From Nitrosopumilaceae archaeon (GTDB lineage Archaea; Thermoproteota; Nitrososphaeria; Nitrososphaerales; Nitrosopumilaceae), in contig OZ242376.1 in assembly GCA_965209085.1 (NCBI GenBank), forward strand, positions 1,568,001-1,632,000: a stretch of 64,000 nucleotides of DNA, read 5' to 3'. The notes below the pieces were generated by a model that saw only the letters and a program-made list of their open reading frames with translations, was not told the origin of the DNA and ran no database searches. Shown one piece after another: positions 20,158 through 30,888 of the stretch (its first letter is position 1; each line of letters opens with the position of its first letter). A program made the translations under genes and the position numbers.

Positions 20158-20307
20158 TGCATTCGAGTTTGTATACTAGGTCTTGTTAAGTTATCGCCGA
20201 ATGTAAAGTTGTAATTCTATTCAATCTATTGGATTATTCATACTATATTCCAATAATGAAACAAATCGGATATCAAATGCACATATATATATATAAAAAA
20301 TTTAATA

Positions 20308-21063
20308 TTGGATATGGACGATTTATTGAAAAAAGTTCAAACACATTGGGATAATAACGTATGTGATTACAACCGTGGAGCTAATTTTGATGAAATTGAT
20401 AAATGGCGACTTTTTACATATCCATATATTCTCAAAGCGGTAGATTATGAAAATGATAAAAATAAATCTGTTTTAGATGTTGGTGTCGGGTCAGGTGGTG
20501 ATGCATGCTTTAGTTTTACGTATGGGCATCCAAAAAAATATACTCTTTTTGATATTTCAGCAGAATCACTCAATGTTTCTAAAAAACATCTTGAAGAACA
20601 TCATCCAGGAAAAAATTATGAAATTGTGAATGGAAATGCAGCTGATATGTCATGTTTCAAAGATGCTGAATTTGACAGAATAAGGGCAGTGGGAACAATT
20701 CACCATATGCCAGAATACCCAAAAGTTGTGAAAGAAATTGGACGTGTTTTAAAACCCAATGGTACATTTGTATTCATGTTTTATAACAAAAATGGTCTTC
20801 GTCCAAAATGTATTTATCCAATATATGCAAAACTAAGAAAAACCACCGTAAAACAATTAATTTTAGAATTTGACGGTGCTACAAACCCTGTGACAGAATT
20901 ATTATCTAAAAAAGATATTATTTCATTATGTTCTGATGCAAATTTAAAATGTGATAAATTTAAAAAATATGAACGCTATATTGGACGTTTAAGATGGATA
21001 CCAAACTTTGTTGGACGATTTTTAGGATTTTCACAATTTGTTTACGGACACAAACCAGCATAA
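20308..21063 (+). CDS. class I SAM-dependent methyltransferase
   Basis: Motifs VLDVGVGSG and RVLKPNG. The sequence is very AT-rich. Confidence 0.85.
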   Translation: MDMDDLLKKVQTHWDNNVCDYNRGANFDEIDKWRLFTYPYILKAVDYENDKNKSVLDVGVGSGGDACFSFTYGHPKKYTLFDISAESLNVSKKHLEEHHPGKNYEIVNGNAADMSCFKDAEFDRIRAVGTIHHMPEYPKVVKEIGRVLKPNGTFVFMFYNKNGLRPKCIYPIYAKLRKTTVKQLILEFDGATNPVTELLSKKDIISLCSDANLKCDKFKKYERYIGRLRWIPNFVGRFLGFSQFVYGHKPA

Positions 21064-21147
21064 ACTGTTGTGAAATAAAAAATGGTAATTATAAACCAGA
21101 TTCCCCCAATGTAAATTAAATCAGCATATGAGGTTTGAATCGTTGGA

Positions 21148-21384
21148 TCAATTACGCCATGTTCGATACCGCCGGTCACGAACGTTGCGTGCTTTGATAA
21201 TAACAGGATACAAAATGCACAAACCTCCCACAGTCATAAGCGATAGCTGAATCAGCAGATTTTCATAATTTGGAATTTGATCGGTCATTGCAGTAAAATA
21301 TCCCATAATCATGGATGCGGAAAAAAGTACAATTCCTGCAAAAACAATTACAATCATGCAAGTATTCTGTGTTATGTTTATCAA
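21148..21384 (-). CDS. small two-TM hypothetical membrane protein
   Basis: Two hydrophobic segments and a basic tail. No recognised family. Confidence 0.45.
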   Translation of the reverse strand: MINITQNTCMIVIVFAGIVLFSASMIMGYFTAMTDQIPNYENLLIQLSLMTVGGLCILYPVIIKARNVRDRRYRTWRN

Positions 21385-21415
21385 TTTTTACACGTGCGTC
21401 CAATCACGTACCGCA

Positions 21416-22390
21416 TTAGTGCAGTTTATCTCCGCTTAGAACATTTGGCAGTAACAGTACAGAATCCACGGCCATCGGCGCCCCCATCCGATCAAAAAGT
21501 TCAAGTTTTTCCATCGGATCAAGACTTGTCCCAATTATTCCACAAAACGTAACTGTTCTGCCGAATTTGGATGCCCCCTGTGCTAGTAAAAGATCCTCAG
21601 AAGAATCACCCACGAATATTGCCCTCTCTATTCCCATGCCGGACATGCATCGCACCAGCGATTCGGGGTTTGGTTTTGCCATTTTACGCAGCTCATCCTC
21701 CAAGAATACGGAATTTTTCAAATCAAAACTTTCAAGCATATCTTTAAGCGTGTGCCGTATAGAGTACATTCCTCTTCCGGTAACTATGCCGGGTTTTCTG
21801 CCAAACATGGTTGTAAGGTTTGATATAATATTGTCATTTATTATTATTTTATCATGTTCGATCAGACCTGATTTTTGCAAAACGCCGACATCTTTTCTGT
21901 TCAATGATGCGTACAATTCTGCGCCATAAAATACTGAATCAAATATGTCGTATACTATGCCCTTGCCGTCTCCCGGATATGCAAGCTTTTCACGCAGCAT
22001 GGCAGCTTTGGGTGAATCGGCAAGATATTTTTCCACAGATTCAAGTCCTGTGGAATCTGCCGCATGCGCTGCACTCATTACATATTCTTCATTCATGCCA
22101 TGTGCTATGCACAGCGATGCAGCATATGCTAAATCTATCTCATTGTTAAATCCTCCCAAAGCTTTGAACGCATCTATGATTTGAACCGTTACCGGTACGG
22201 GGTTTTTTTCCAATCCTGCAAATCTCTCCAATAAAATATCCACCGTTCTCCGTATGGTCTCATCATATGAGGAGCTGACATCCACTAGTACTCCGTCGCA
22301 GTCAAAGAATATGCACTGAGCCTTGCTGACTGCGGCTGCTGCATTCTTTTCCATGTATGCGCCATTGCCGGCCGGCAGCAGTTTTTTCAT
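21416..22390 (-). CDS. HAD-superfamily hydrolase (candidate histidinol-phosphate phosphatase)
   Basis: Motifs FDCDGVL, VTGR, KPNP and VGDSSED. The ATG overlaps the hisC stop. Confidence 0.85.
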   Translation of the reverse strand: MKKLLPAGNGAYMEKNAAAAVSKAQCIFFDCDGVLVDVSSSYDETIRRTVDILLERFAGLEKNPVPVTVQIIDAFKALGGFNNEIDLAYAASLCIAHGMNEEYVMSAAHAADSTGLESVEKYLADSPKAAMLREKLAYPGDGKGIVYDIFDSVFYGAELYASLNRKDVGVLQKSGLIEHDKIIINDNIISNLTTMFGRKPGIVTGRGMYSIRHTLKDMLESFDLKNSVFLEDELRKMAKPNPESLVRCMSGMGIERAIFVGDSSEDLLLAQGASKFGRTVTFCGIIGTSLDPMEKLELFDRMGAPMAVDSVLLLPNVLSGDKLH

Positions 22391-23454
22391 TGAAGCAGAT
22401 CCCGTATGGCAAGTAGAAATTTGGAATTCATCTCGTGTGTTCCAACAGTAACCCGCAGGCATCCGGCATGATTGCCAATTTTTCCAAGGTTGCGCACCGC
22501 TATGCCCTGCTCTTCAAGAGCCGTATGGACCCGTTTTGATGCCCCATGCGCGTCAAATAGGACAAAATTTGCATCCGAATCAAATACGTCAAAGGCATCG
22601 TATTGGCGCAGTGATTTAGTTATTCTCTCCCGCTCGGATTTTACCAGCACTATTGCATCCTGTGCGCGTTTTAGCGCATCATCATTTGAGAGCAGTGTCA
22701 TGGCAGATGATATTGATGCTGTACTGACAGGATACGGATACTGTATAATGCGGTTAAAGACTCCGGCAATGTCAGTATTTGCCACAAAGTATCCTAGACG
22801 CATGCCGGCCATTCCGTATGCTTTTGAAAATGTGCGGGTCACCACAAGGTTGTCAAGTTTTGGAGCAAGCGCTGAGAGAGTATATTTTCCAAATTCCGCA
22901 TACGCCTCATCTATTATCACCAGACCCTCAAATTTCCGCACCAAATCTTCAAGATCTTTTTTTGCAAATGCAAAGCCGGTTGGATTGTTTGGTACGTCAA
23001 GATATAAAATATCGGCTTTTTTTGACGAAAATGAATCCTTTGAGAGGGTCATCTCGTTGTTAAATGGAACTTTTATGGTCTTTATTCCATACAAGCTGCA
23101 GCGCTGCTCAAAGAATGTAAACGTGGGATCACATAAAAGTACGCGCGTCTTTGCTGTGGCAAAATTTGAGATCAGCAGATCCAGTATTTGATCAGAGCCG
23201 GAACCCACCCCTACAGTTCCCTCTGGCACGCCAAGATGCACCTCTATGGCAGCGATGAGATCTTCGGTCATGTCAAGAGGATATCTGCGCATGTCCGCAT
23301 CTGAGCCGCTTTGGAGCAGATCCCAGACGTCTTTTTTTGATATTACCAAATTTTCATTTGAATCAAGTCTGAGCAGATCGCCTGATTTTGGCTTTACGTA
23401 TCCGTCAAGGGATGCATGATTGGCAATTTTTTTCTCCAGCCAGTCAGGTCTCAT
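22387..23454 (-). CDS. hisC: histidinol-phosphate aminotransferase
   Basis: Motifs LDSNEN, PNNPTG, DEAYAEF and RTFSKAYGMAGMRLG. Confidence 0.95.
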   Translation of the reverse strand: MRPDWLEKKIANHASLDGYVKPKSGDLLRLDSNENLVISKKDVWDLLQSGSDADMRRYPLDMTEDLIAAIEVHLGVPEGTVGVGSGSDQILDLLISNFATAKTRVLLCDPTFTFFEQRCSLYGIKTIKVPFNNEMTLSKDSFSSKKADILYLDVPNNPTGFAFAKKDLEDLVRKFEGLVIIDEAYAEFGKYTLSALAPKLDNLVVTRTFSKAYGMAGMRLGYFVANTDIAGVFNRIIQYPYPVSTASISSAMTLLSNDDALKRAQDAIVLVKSERERITKSLRQYDAFDVFDSDANFVLFDAHGASKRVHTALEEQGIAVRNLGKIGNHAGCLRVTVGTHEMNSKFLLAIRDLLQ

Positions 23455-24707
23455 TTGAATCGAGCCTCTGCTGCATCATAGTGGGCGTTTAGACCCTCAG
23501 CTTTTGTGAGCGCCTTTATCGGTTTGAGCATTTCGTATAGCGCCTTTTTTGAGCTTTTTGCGCGCGTTTGCAGTTTTAGAAAATCCAGTACGGAAAGCGA
23601 TCCTCGCGCCCTGCCTGCTTCATTTGTAGGCAGTATGTGGTTTGTACCAAACAAATAATCGCTTGCAGCAGACGGTGAATTTTCCCCGATTAATACAAGT
23701 CCGGCTGTTGTAATTTTTTTTGCAATATTTTCCGGATTTGCCATCATTATCTGCAAATGTTCAGCAGCTGCTGCGTTTGCCGCTTTGATCAGATCGCCTC
23801 GGGTTTTACACAGGTATATCCGGGGATGCGAAGATAGTTTACGAGTGCGAAGAGTTTGGAATTTTTTTTGCACGTTTGCTGCCAAATTTTCAGAATCTGT
23901 AATCAGTGCGCACCATGAATGCAGTCCGTGCTCTGCCTGAGAATAAAGATCGGCGCAGATTAGTGCAGGATTTGCGCGCGAATCCGCAATTATAACAAGC
24001 TCTGTGGGACCGGCCATCATGTCTATGTTTGTGTGCAAAGTTACAAGCTGTTTTGCTGCTGTAACGTATTTGCCACCGGGTCCTACTATTTTGTCCACCG
24101 GCGCTATGGATTTTGTACCATACGCCATTGCAGATATTGCGTGCGGGCCTCCAACAGTGTAAATTTCCGTGGCGCCGCAAATGTCCGCAGCACTCAAAGT
24201 AAGCGGATCAATCATGCCTGTCTCATCCGGCGGCGAGCATACGATAATTCTCTCCACTCCGGCAATTTTTGCCGGAACCACCGACATTACAGCCGAGCTT
24301 GGATATCTTGCACCGCCTCCGGGTACATAACATCCGACGCTACCTAGAGGTTCAAGGGAACGCTGTATCATCACGCCTCCGTTTTCAATCCGTACTGTTT
24401 TTTGTACTGAGAATAAAGTCTTCTTTTCTGTGTTTTCCAGGCGTTTTTTTGCAAGTCTGATTGCGCGCATCTCATCTTTTGTAACCTGCGTGCGGGCTTT
24501 GGCAATCGTCTGTTTTGAGACGCGCAGTGTTTTTGGCAACAATTTTGGGTTTTTTGAGAATTTTTTCTCATATTTTCCCAATGCTGCATCGCCATTTTTG
24601 AACACGTCCAACGCTATGGCAGAAACGCTCCGCAGATCTGCAATATTTTGGCGTATTTTTTTTGTTCTAATCTTTTCAGGATTGCGGATTCGGATTATTT
24701 TTATCAA
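23451..24707 (-). CDS. hisD: histidinol dehydrogenase
   Basis: Motifs YVPGG, KIVGPG, DMMAGPTE, SQAEH and GTNHILPT. Confidence 0.96.
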   Translation of the reverse strand: MIKIIRIRNPEKIRTKKIRQNIADLRSVSAIALDVFKNGDAALGKYEKKFSKNPKLLPKTLRVSKQTIAKARTQVTKDEMRAIRLAKKRLENTEKKTLFSVQKTVRIENGGVMIQRSLEPLGSVGCYVPGGGARYPSSAVMSVVPAKIAGVERIIVCSPPDETGMIDPLTLSAADICGATEIYTVGGPHAISAMAYGTKSIAPVDKIVGPGGKYVTAAKQLVTLHTNIDMMAGPTELVIIADSRANPALICADLYSQAEHGLHSWCALITDSENLAANVQKKFQTLRTRKLSSHPRIYLCKTRGDLIKAANAAAAEHLQIMMANPENIAKKITTAGLVLIGENSPSAASDYLFGTNHILPTNEAGRARGSLSVLDFLKLQTRAKSSKKALYEMLKPIKALTKAEGLNAHYDAAEARFK

Positions 24708-24709
24708 AT

Positions 24710-25669
24710 TTAATCATCCGGTTCTATTTCCAATATCTGGAGGGGTTCGTGCACTACAAGGCCCTGGGCGAGTTTGCGGATTTTTGGTATTAGTTTGTGG
24801 TATTCAGATTTTGGTATCACGGTGTTTATTCCATACCAGCCTTTTTCACTAAGCGGGCTTAGTGTGGGTTTTTTCAATGAGGGAATCTGTGCCATCAGTT
24901 TGGCCAGATTCTTCTCGCTTACATTGGCGAATATGTGCAGATATTTTCTGCCGTATACTGCGCCGCGCATCAGCGTCAGTATGTCGTATATTTTTTCACG
25001 TTTTGCTGCGTTTTTCATCGAGGTTTTGTTTGCTATAAGCTGGGCAGAGGATTCAAGTATGGTATCCGCTATACGGAGTTTGTTTTGCCGCAATGTGGTT
25101 CCAGTTTCAGTAACGTCTATTATCGCATCAACATCTTCGGGCGGTTTTGCCTCTGTGGCTCCAAACGAGAGATGTATCTGTACGGAATTGTTTGTTCCCC
25201 GTCTCACCCACGGAGTAATCAAAAGCGGATCCTTTGATCCGTATTTTTTTTTGTATGATTTTAGGGATTTTATATAAGATGACGCGGTGGTAAGATATTC
25301 AGATGATATTCTCAGTATGCGTTTCTTTTTTGCATAATCGGCAATCATCGCATCAAGATTGGCATACCGGTATGATTCCGGATACGCAGCTACAAGTTTT
25401 ATTTTTCCATATTCTAAATCAAGAAGCGTATCCACTGTTACTTTTGCCTCCCCCACCCAGTCGTTTCCGGTAATTCCTATATCGTACAAACCTTCGGCCA
25501 CCATTGTTGGTATCTCCTGCGGGCGCAGCATTTTTACAATTATTTCTGAATCATCAAGAAACACCCTGTACGTGCGGTTTTTGCGTGAAACATGCGTCCA
25601 CGCCCTGCCCAAAAGGTCAAACGTGGCCTCCTCAAGACTTCCCTTTGGTATGGCCATTCTAACTTTCAT
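24710..25669 (-). CDS. hisG: ATP phosphoribosyltransferase (long form)
   Basis: Motifs AIPKGSL, RPQEIP, GATE and DVTETGTTL. Confidence 0.96.
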   Translation of the reverse strand: MKVRMAIPKGSLEEATFDLLGRAWTHVSRKNRTYRVFLDDSEIIVKMLRPQEIPTMVAEGLYDIGITGNDWVGEAKVTVDTLLDLEYGKIKLVAAYPESYRYANLDAMIADYAKKKRILRISSEYLTTASSYIKSLKSYKKKYGSKDPLLITPWVRRGTNNSVQIHLSFGATEAKPPEDVDAIIDVTETGTTLRQNKLRIADTILESSAQLIANKTSMKNAAKREKIYDILTLMRGAVYGRKYLHIFANVSEKNLAKLMAQIPSLKKPTLSPLSEKGWYGINTVIPKSEYHKLIPKIRKLAQGLVVHEPLQILEIEPDD

Positions 25670-25713
25670 TTACACGCATATTATTTTTCACGCCCGTTAT
25701 ATAGGATTCTTGG

Positions 25714-26040
25714 TTAGGCAGGTTTTAGCACGGTAGAGACGACGTATTCCACAGCGTTTGCAGATTCGGATTTTATGCGGGCGCGTATCCCCTCTAGTTT
25801 TATCTGACCCTCTTTGGATATAGAGTCTGATTCCTGCTGGGCCTTGTTTTTGGCATCGGTCACTATCTGCTCTGCCTTTGCAGAAGCACTCTGACGCACT
25901 TTGTTTGCTACAGATTCAATCTCAGAGTTGGTCTTTGAAGTTATTGATTTTTTCATGTCAGATACTGATAATTCAAGCAAGTCCAGATTTTCCTCTAATT
26001 TTGAGAGGGCTCCTAGTATTCCGGCAACCTTTGTCTCCAT
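25714..26040 (-). CDS. coiled-coil protein, A/V-type ATPase subunit H/G-like
   Basis: Helical heptad pattern (AEQIVTDAKNKAQQES). Confidence 0.55.
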   Translation of the reverse strand: METKVAGILGALSKLEENLDLLELSVSDMKKSITSKTNSEIESVANKVRQSASAKAEQIVTDAKNKAQQESDSISKEGQIKLEGIRARIKSESANAVEYVVSTVLKPA

Positions 26041-26131
26041 GTGCGGAGGTTTTTTGCAGCATTAATTAAATCATTCATACGTATTGCCATCATGCGTACG
26101 GGTTTAAATTATACGCACACGCACTCTGCAT

Positions 26132-26974
26132 ATGCGCATAGGTTGCCATGTTTCCATATCAGGCGGCATACACTGCGCCGTGGACAATGCCTCCAAACTT
26201 GACTGTACGGCATTTCAGATATTTACCCGAAATCCCAGAGGATGGGGCGCAAAAGAGATTCAAGATGGGGATGCTGATATTTTCAAATCAAAAATTGCCA
26301 AAAGCGAAATAGATCCCTCTGCCACGTGCGCCCATATGCCATACCTGCCAAACCTCTCCTCGCCAAAAAAAGACGTTCATGAAAAATCAGTTGGCACTCT
26401 TGTAGGTGAGGTAAAAAGATGCGGCATGCTTGGAATACCCTACATTGTTACACATCTTGGAAGCCATCTTGGAACCGGCGATGAGGCGGGGATAAAACAG
26501 CTTATCGCAGCATACACCAAAGCTGCAACGGTAAAAAACGACGTGACCATACTGCTGGAGAATACGGCAGGGCAGAAAAATTCCGTGGGTTCTGAATTTG
26601 GACAGCTAGGAGACATTTTGAAAAAATTAAAACCCTCCAAGAGATTTGGCGTCTGCATTGATACGTGCCATGCATTTGCCTACGGGTATGATCTCATGAC
26701 TGCTGCAAAGTTTCGAAAATGTTTTGAGGAATTTGATGAGAAAGTTGGAGCTGAGAATCTAAAGATACTCCATCTCAATGATGCCAAAGCTCCGTGCGGA
26801 TCAAAACTTGACAGACACGAGCACGTAGGATTGGGGCAGATAGGCACAGAAGGTATGAGGGCGGCGGTAAACTATGCTGCAAAGCGCGACATTCCGACAA
26901 TTTTAGAGACGCCCATTGATTCGATACGCGACGGCAGAGGAGATCTTGACGAGGCAAGGATGATGATAAAATGA
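26132..26974 (+). CDS. nfo: endonuclease IV
   Basis: Motifs GCHVSISGG, HMPYLPNL, LENTAG, DTCHAF, HLND and DRHE. Confidence 0.95.
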   Translation: MRIGCHVSISGGIHCAVDNASKLDCTAFQIFTRNPRGWGAKEIQDGDADIFKSKIAKSEIDPSATCAHMPYLPNLSSPKKDVHEKSVGTLVGEVKRCGMLGIPYIVTHLGSHLGTGDEAGIKQLIAAYTKAATVKNDVTILLENTAGQKNSVGSEFGQLGDILKKLKPSKRFGVCIDTCHAFAYGYDLMTAAKFRKCFEEFDEKVGAENLKILHLNDAKAPCGSKLDRHEHVGLGQIGTEGMRAAVNYAAKRDIPTILETPIDSIRDGRGDLDEARMMIK

Positions 26975-28449
26975 GCTACGATGATGTTTTAAAACTTGCA
27001 CTTGAGCGCGGGTTTTATTTTCCAAGCTGCGAACCGTACGGAGATTCACATGCGGGTTTTTGGGAGTATGGACCAAGCGGTGTTTCATTGAAAAATAAAT
27101 TTTTACAGTTGTGGAGACGCCAGATGGTGCGCCGCGGCGACATGATGGAGATAGACGGCTCACAAATAATGTCAAAATCCGTCTTTGAGGCTTCAGGTCA
27201 TCTAGCAGGCTTTGCTGATCCGATAACACAGTGCTCCAAATGCAACGCCACGTTTCCTGCCGACAAAATGATCTTTGATCAGTGCGGGGCTCAAATCCCA
27301 GAGGCTGCCGAATGTACCGAGTTTGATGAGGCAATTGTAAAAAACAAGATTGCATGTCCAAAATGCAAAGGAGATCTTGGTACAGTGCGCAAATTTAACA
27401 TGATGTTCCAGGTGGGCATAGGTCCGGACGGCGAGGCAGCATATCTGCGTCCTGAAACGTGCCAGTCCATATTTGTAGACTTTCCACGCCTGTTCAAAAC
27501 GATGCGTGGCAAGCTTCCAATGGGAATTGCACAGGTGGGCAAAAGCTTTCGCAACGAGATATCCCCAAGGCAGGGACTCTTGAGACTACGCGAATTTTAC
27601 CAGGCAGAGATAGAGGTGTTTTGCAATCCATCAAGGCTTGATTCGGTTCCAGGATGGGAAGATGTTAAAGGTACAAAAATAATTCTAGAAATCGACGGCA
27701 ACAAAACTGCAACCACGTGTGCTGCCGCAGTGGAATCAGGTCTGCTGCCAAACAAACTTGTGGCACATTATCTTGGAATGCTTGCGGATTTTTACGAAAA
27801 AACCGGCATTGATATGGAAAAAACAAGATTTCGCAGGTTGGGTGAAAAGGAAAAGGCGTTTTATGCAGAATCCGCATTTGATTTTGAAGTGAAAACGGAC
27901 ATTGGCTGGCTAGAGCTTGTGGCATGCAACTATAGATCGGCGCACGATTTGCAGGCGCATGCCTCAAAGAGCGGGGAAAAATTCGAGGTGATGGATGGCG
28001 AGGAAAAAGTGCTTCCGCACGTATTTGAGATATCGATGGGCATTGACAGAAGCCTGTATACAATACTAGAATCCGGACTTCATATTGAATCAGTTAAAGA
28101 CAGCAAGGGTAAAGAGAGTGAGCGCACGCTGCTTTCCATAAAACCATACCTTGCACCATTTCATGTTGCAGTACTATCCCTGGTAAAAAAAGACGGACTG
28201 CGCGAAAAGACAGACCAAATACACTGCCGGTTGCGCCGCAGCTTTGATGCGTTTGCAGACCACTCTGGAGCCATAGGAAGGCGCTACCGCAGACAGGATG
28301 AGATTGGAACCCCGTATGCGGTTACAGTCGATCATCAGAGCATGAAGGATGATACGGTTACTTTGCGCGAGCGCGATTCCATGAAACAAAAGAGGGTAAA
28401 TATTGACGAGCTAGAATCCATCCTCTCTGATTCTGTCTCGTTTCCCTAG
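26971..28449 (+). CDS. glyS: glycine--tRNA ligase (alpha2 type)
   Basis: Motifs YLRPETCQ, FRNEISPRQGLLRLREF and IGRRYRRQDEIGTP. Confidence 0.96.
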   Translation: MSYDDVLKLALERGFYFPSCEPYGDSHAGFWEYGPSGVSLKNKFLQLWRRQMVRRGDMMEIDGSQIMSKSVFEASGHLAGFADPITQCSKCNATFPADKMIFDQCGAQIPEAAECTEFDEAIVKNKIACPKCKGDLGTVRKFNMMFQVGIGPDGEAAYLRPETCQSIFVDFPRLFKTMRGKLPMGIAQVGKSFRNEISPRQGLLRLREFYQAEIEVFCNPSRLDSVPGWEDVKGTKIILEIDGNKTATTCAAAVESGLLPNKLVAHYLGMLADFYEKTGIDMEKTRFRRLGEKEKAFYAESAFDFEVKTDIGWLELVACNYRSAHDLQAHASKSGEKFEVMDGEEKVLPHVFEISMGIDRSLYTILESGLHIESVKDSKGKESERTLLSIKPYLAPFHVAVLSLVKKDGLREKTDQIHCRLRRSFDAFADHSGAIGRRYRRQDEIGTPYAVTVDHQSMKDDTVTLRERDSMKQKRVNIDELESILSDSVSFP

Positions 28450-29300
28450 GATTGTAAAACTTTTTTTGCGTGTTTATAGTGCACCTCGTCTATCATTTTA
28501 CCCTCAACTGTTACAGCACCGCGTCCTGATTCGCGTATAGATTGTTCATACGCTTTGCAGACTTTGTTTGCCCATTCAAGTTCGGCCTTTGTTGGTGCAA
28601 ATATTTTATGTATTGCTGATATTTGGTCAGGATGTATGACGCACTTGCCTGCATATCCAAGGGATCGCGCCGTTTGCGAATCTTTTTCAAGACCGGCATC
28701 ATCTTTGGTATCCTGCCATATGGCATCAATTGCCGGCACGCCAGCTGCGCGCGCATCCAGAGGTATTTTTGCCCGAGCATATGCTGCAGCCGGCGATCCG
28801 GGTTCGTAATCCGTGTAAAGATCGGCCAGTAAATCAAATACTCCAAAGACCACAGCCTCTACGCGCTCAGAGCATGATGCAATGCTGTAACAGTTTACAG
28901 TCCCAAGTGCTGACTCTATTGAGGGTATCAACGGAATCTTTGGCAGATGCAGCCGTGATTCGTGCTCTTTTAGTATTGTGATTACATCGTTTAGATGCTG
29001 TGCAGAGTCAACTTTTGGCACCACTATTCCTTCCAGTCCTGCACGCACGATATTTTTCAGATCTTGGGGTATTGCGCCCGACTGTGGTGAATTTGTGCGT
29101 ACAAATTTGCGTCCCACATGTGACTCTCCAAGCGATTCAGCAGCCATGCGTCTTGCCTCGGGTTTTTGATCCTCAGGTACGGAATCTTCTAAATCAAGGC
29201 ATACAATGTCCGTGGGCAATGTACGGGCTTTGGTTAAAAATCGTCTGTTATTTGATGGAACAAAGGTTAGAGTGCGTATTAGTCCGGTAATATCAGACAC
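28446..29300 (-). CDS. CitE/HpcH-family CoA-ester lyase
   Basis: Motifs LDLEDSV, VPKV, IES, IHPDQI and GKMID. Confidence 0.9.
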   Translation of the reverse strand: MSDITGLIRTLTFVPSNNRRFLTKARTLPTDIVCLDLEDSVPEDQKPEARRMAAESLGESHVGRKFVRTNSPQSGAIPQDLKNIVRAGLEGIVVPKVDSAQHLNDVITILKEHESRLHLPKIPLIPSIESALGTVNCYSIASCSERVEAVVFGVFDLLADLYTDYEPGSPAAAYARAKIPLDARAAGVPAIDAIWQDTKDDAGLEKDSQTARSLGYAGKCVIHPDQISAIHKIFAPTKAELEWANKVCKAYEQSIRESGRGAVTVEGKMIDEVHYKHAKKVLQS

Positions 29301-30372
29301 CCTCTGGCTTTAAAATGATCTTGCCAAAGAGTCCTTTGCCGGACAGCATTTTTGTGTGCGCATCTGCTGCTTGCTCGAAAGTATATTCAGAGTCTATAAT
29401 TGATTTTATCTTTTTTTGTCCAATCCAGTACAGGCTTTGTTCAAGTTCCGCCTTTGTACCCTGGGTGGAGCCGAGTATGTTTGTACCCTTGAAGAATATG
29501 TGCCGAAGATCCGTTTTTGCATCATAGCCGGTTGTTGCCCCGCATGAAACAAGTGTTGCACCGTATTTTAAAAGCGTGAGCTGTTTGTTCCAGTGCGTTT
29601 CTCCAATGTGGTCAAATGAAACATCAATTCCAGGAGCCTCGCCTTTTCTCTTTGCAATTTCTTTTGTAATTGCACGCACTTCCTTATGCCAGTCGTCTTT
29701 TCTGTGATCTACTGCATAGTCTGCTCCAAGCTCTTTGCATTTGTCCAGTTTGTCCGGACTTGCTGTTGCGATAACATCACAGTTGTAGAGTTTTGCAATT
29801 TGTATGGCAAAGCTGCCCACACCGGATCCTCCTCCCATAATCAAAACCGTCTGACCTGGTCTGATCTTTGCACGGCCTACAAGCATGTGCCATGAAGTCA
29901 TGATTGTCATGGATGCAGCTGCTGCATCTTGATAGCTTACACCTTCGGGTATTTTTGCCACGTTTACCTCTGGCAGATGTGTCATCTCTGAGAATGCTCC
30001 CCAGTTTGGTCCGGTCTGGAATCCCCAAATGGTGCGTTTTATACAGTCAAATTCTCGGCCAGCTGTGCATGCAGAACAGGATCTGCACGACATGTTTGCG
30101 TGCGAGACCACGCGGTCTCCGGGTTTAAAGTTTACAACATCTTCGCCTACTGCCACCACATCGCCGGCAGCATCCGAGCCGGATACGTGCGGAAGCGGTA
30201 CGGGAACAGGATTGCCCCTCATGCCCCAGATATCATTATAGTTTAACGAAGCAGCTTTAACGTTAAAGACTACCTCGTTTGGCTTTGGCTTTGGATCATC
30301 AATATCCTTTATTTTTAGGATTTTTGCAAAATTATCATCTGGTGCGTATTCATCATATGTTATCGCTTTCAC
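29293..30372 (-). CDS. zinc-binding MDR dehydrogenase/reductase
   Basis: Motifs GSDAAG, CRSCSAC...C structural Zn site, GGGSGVG and CGATTG. GTG start at 30372. Confidence 0.9.
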   Translation of the reverse strand: MKAITYDEYAPDDNFAKILKIKDIDDPKPKPNEVVFNVKAASLNYNDIWGMRGNPVPVPLPHVSGSDAAGDVVAVGEDVVNFKPGDRVVSHANMSCRSCSACTAGREFDCIKRTIWGFQTGPNWGAFSEMTHLPEVNVAKIPEGVSYQDAAAASMTIMTSWHMLVGRAKIRPGQTVLIMGGGSGVGSFAIQIAKLYNCDVIATASPDKLDKCKELGADYAVDHRKDDWHKEVRAITKEIAKRKGEAPGIDVSFDHIGETHWNKQLTLLKYGATLVSCGATTGYDAKTDLRHIFFKGTNILGSTQGTKAELEQSLYWIGQKKIKSIIDSEYTFEQAADAHTKMLSGKGLFGKIILKPEGV

Positions 30373-30426
30373 AAATAACACCTACAACTAGCCCTAATTA
30401 TATTTATCAGATTTTGACCATTTTTA

Positions 30427-30854
30427 TTCAAAATTGTAAGATTATAAAAGTAGATTTCCCCGGATTTATACCATATTCTCCCTGTTTGTATACATTCTTG
30501 TTCCAATTATCTAAATAAAAATTGATAAAAAACGGTTTTTCATTCTTGCATTCATATACTATGCACCAATTATCATTAAATTTTACTTTCCTCATATTGT
30601 GATCTGGGCAAGTAACACTGCCAGTTAATGTACAAGAATCATCTTTTTTAGATATCCAGTTAATATAATATTCTAGTCCCTGTATTCATCAGATTTTAAT
30701 ATTCTAAATTTAAATGATATTGATGTACAATCTTCAAATGCTGTCATTTTTAATCTCGCCTTTCTATACCTAATTTTTTGTCCAATTCATATCGTACGAC
30801 AATATCTGCATCTTTATCAGTCCATTCAGTATTTACAATTTTCGGAGTATCCAT
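30427..30854 (-). pseudogene. frameshifted AT-rich hypothetical gene
   Basis: Three protein-like segments in different frames (MDTPKIVNTEW..., RKARLKMTAFEDC..., GLEYYINW...IILQF*) joined by two apparent frameshifts. Confidence 0.4.
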
Positions 30855-30888
30855 ATGTTATAAAATAACATATTTGTTAATATATGTT

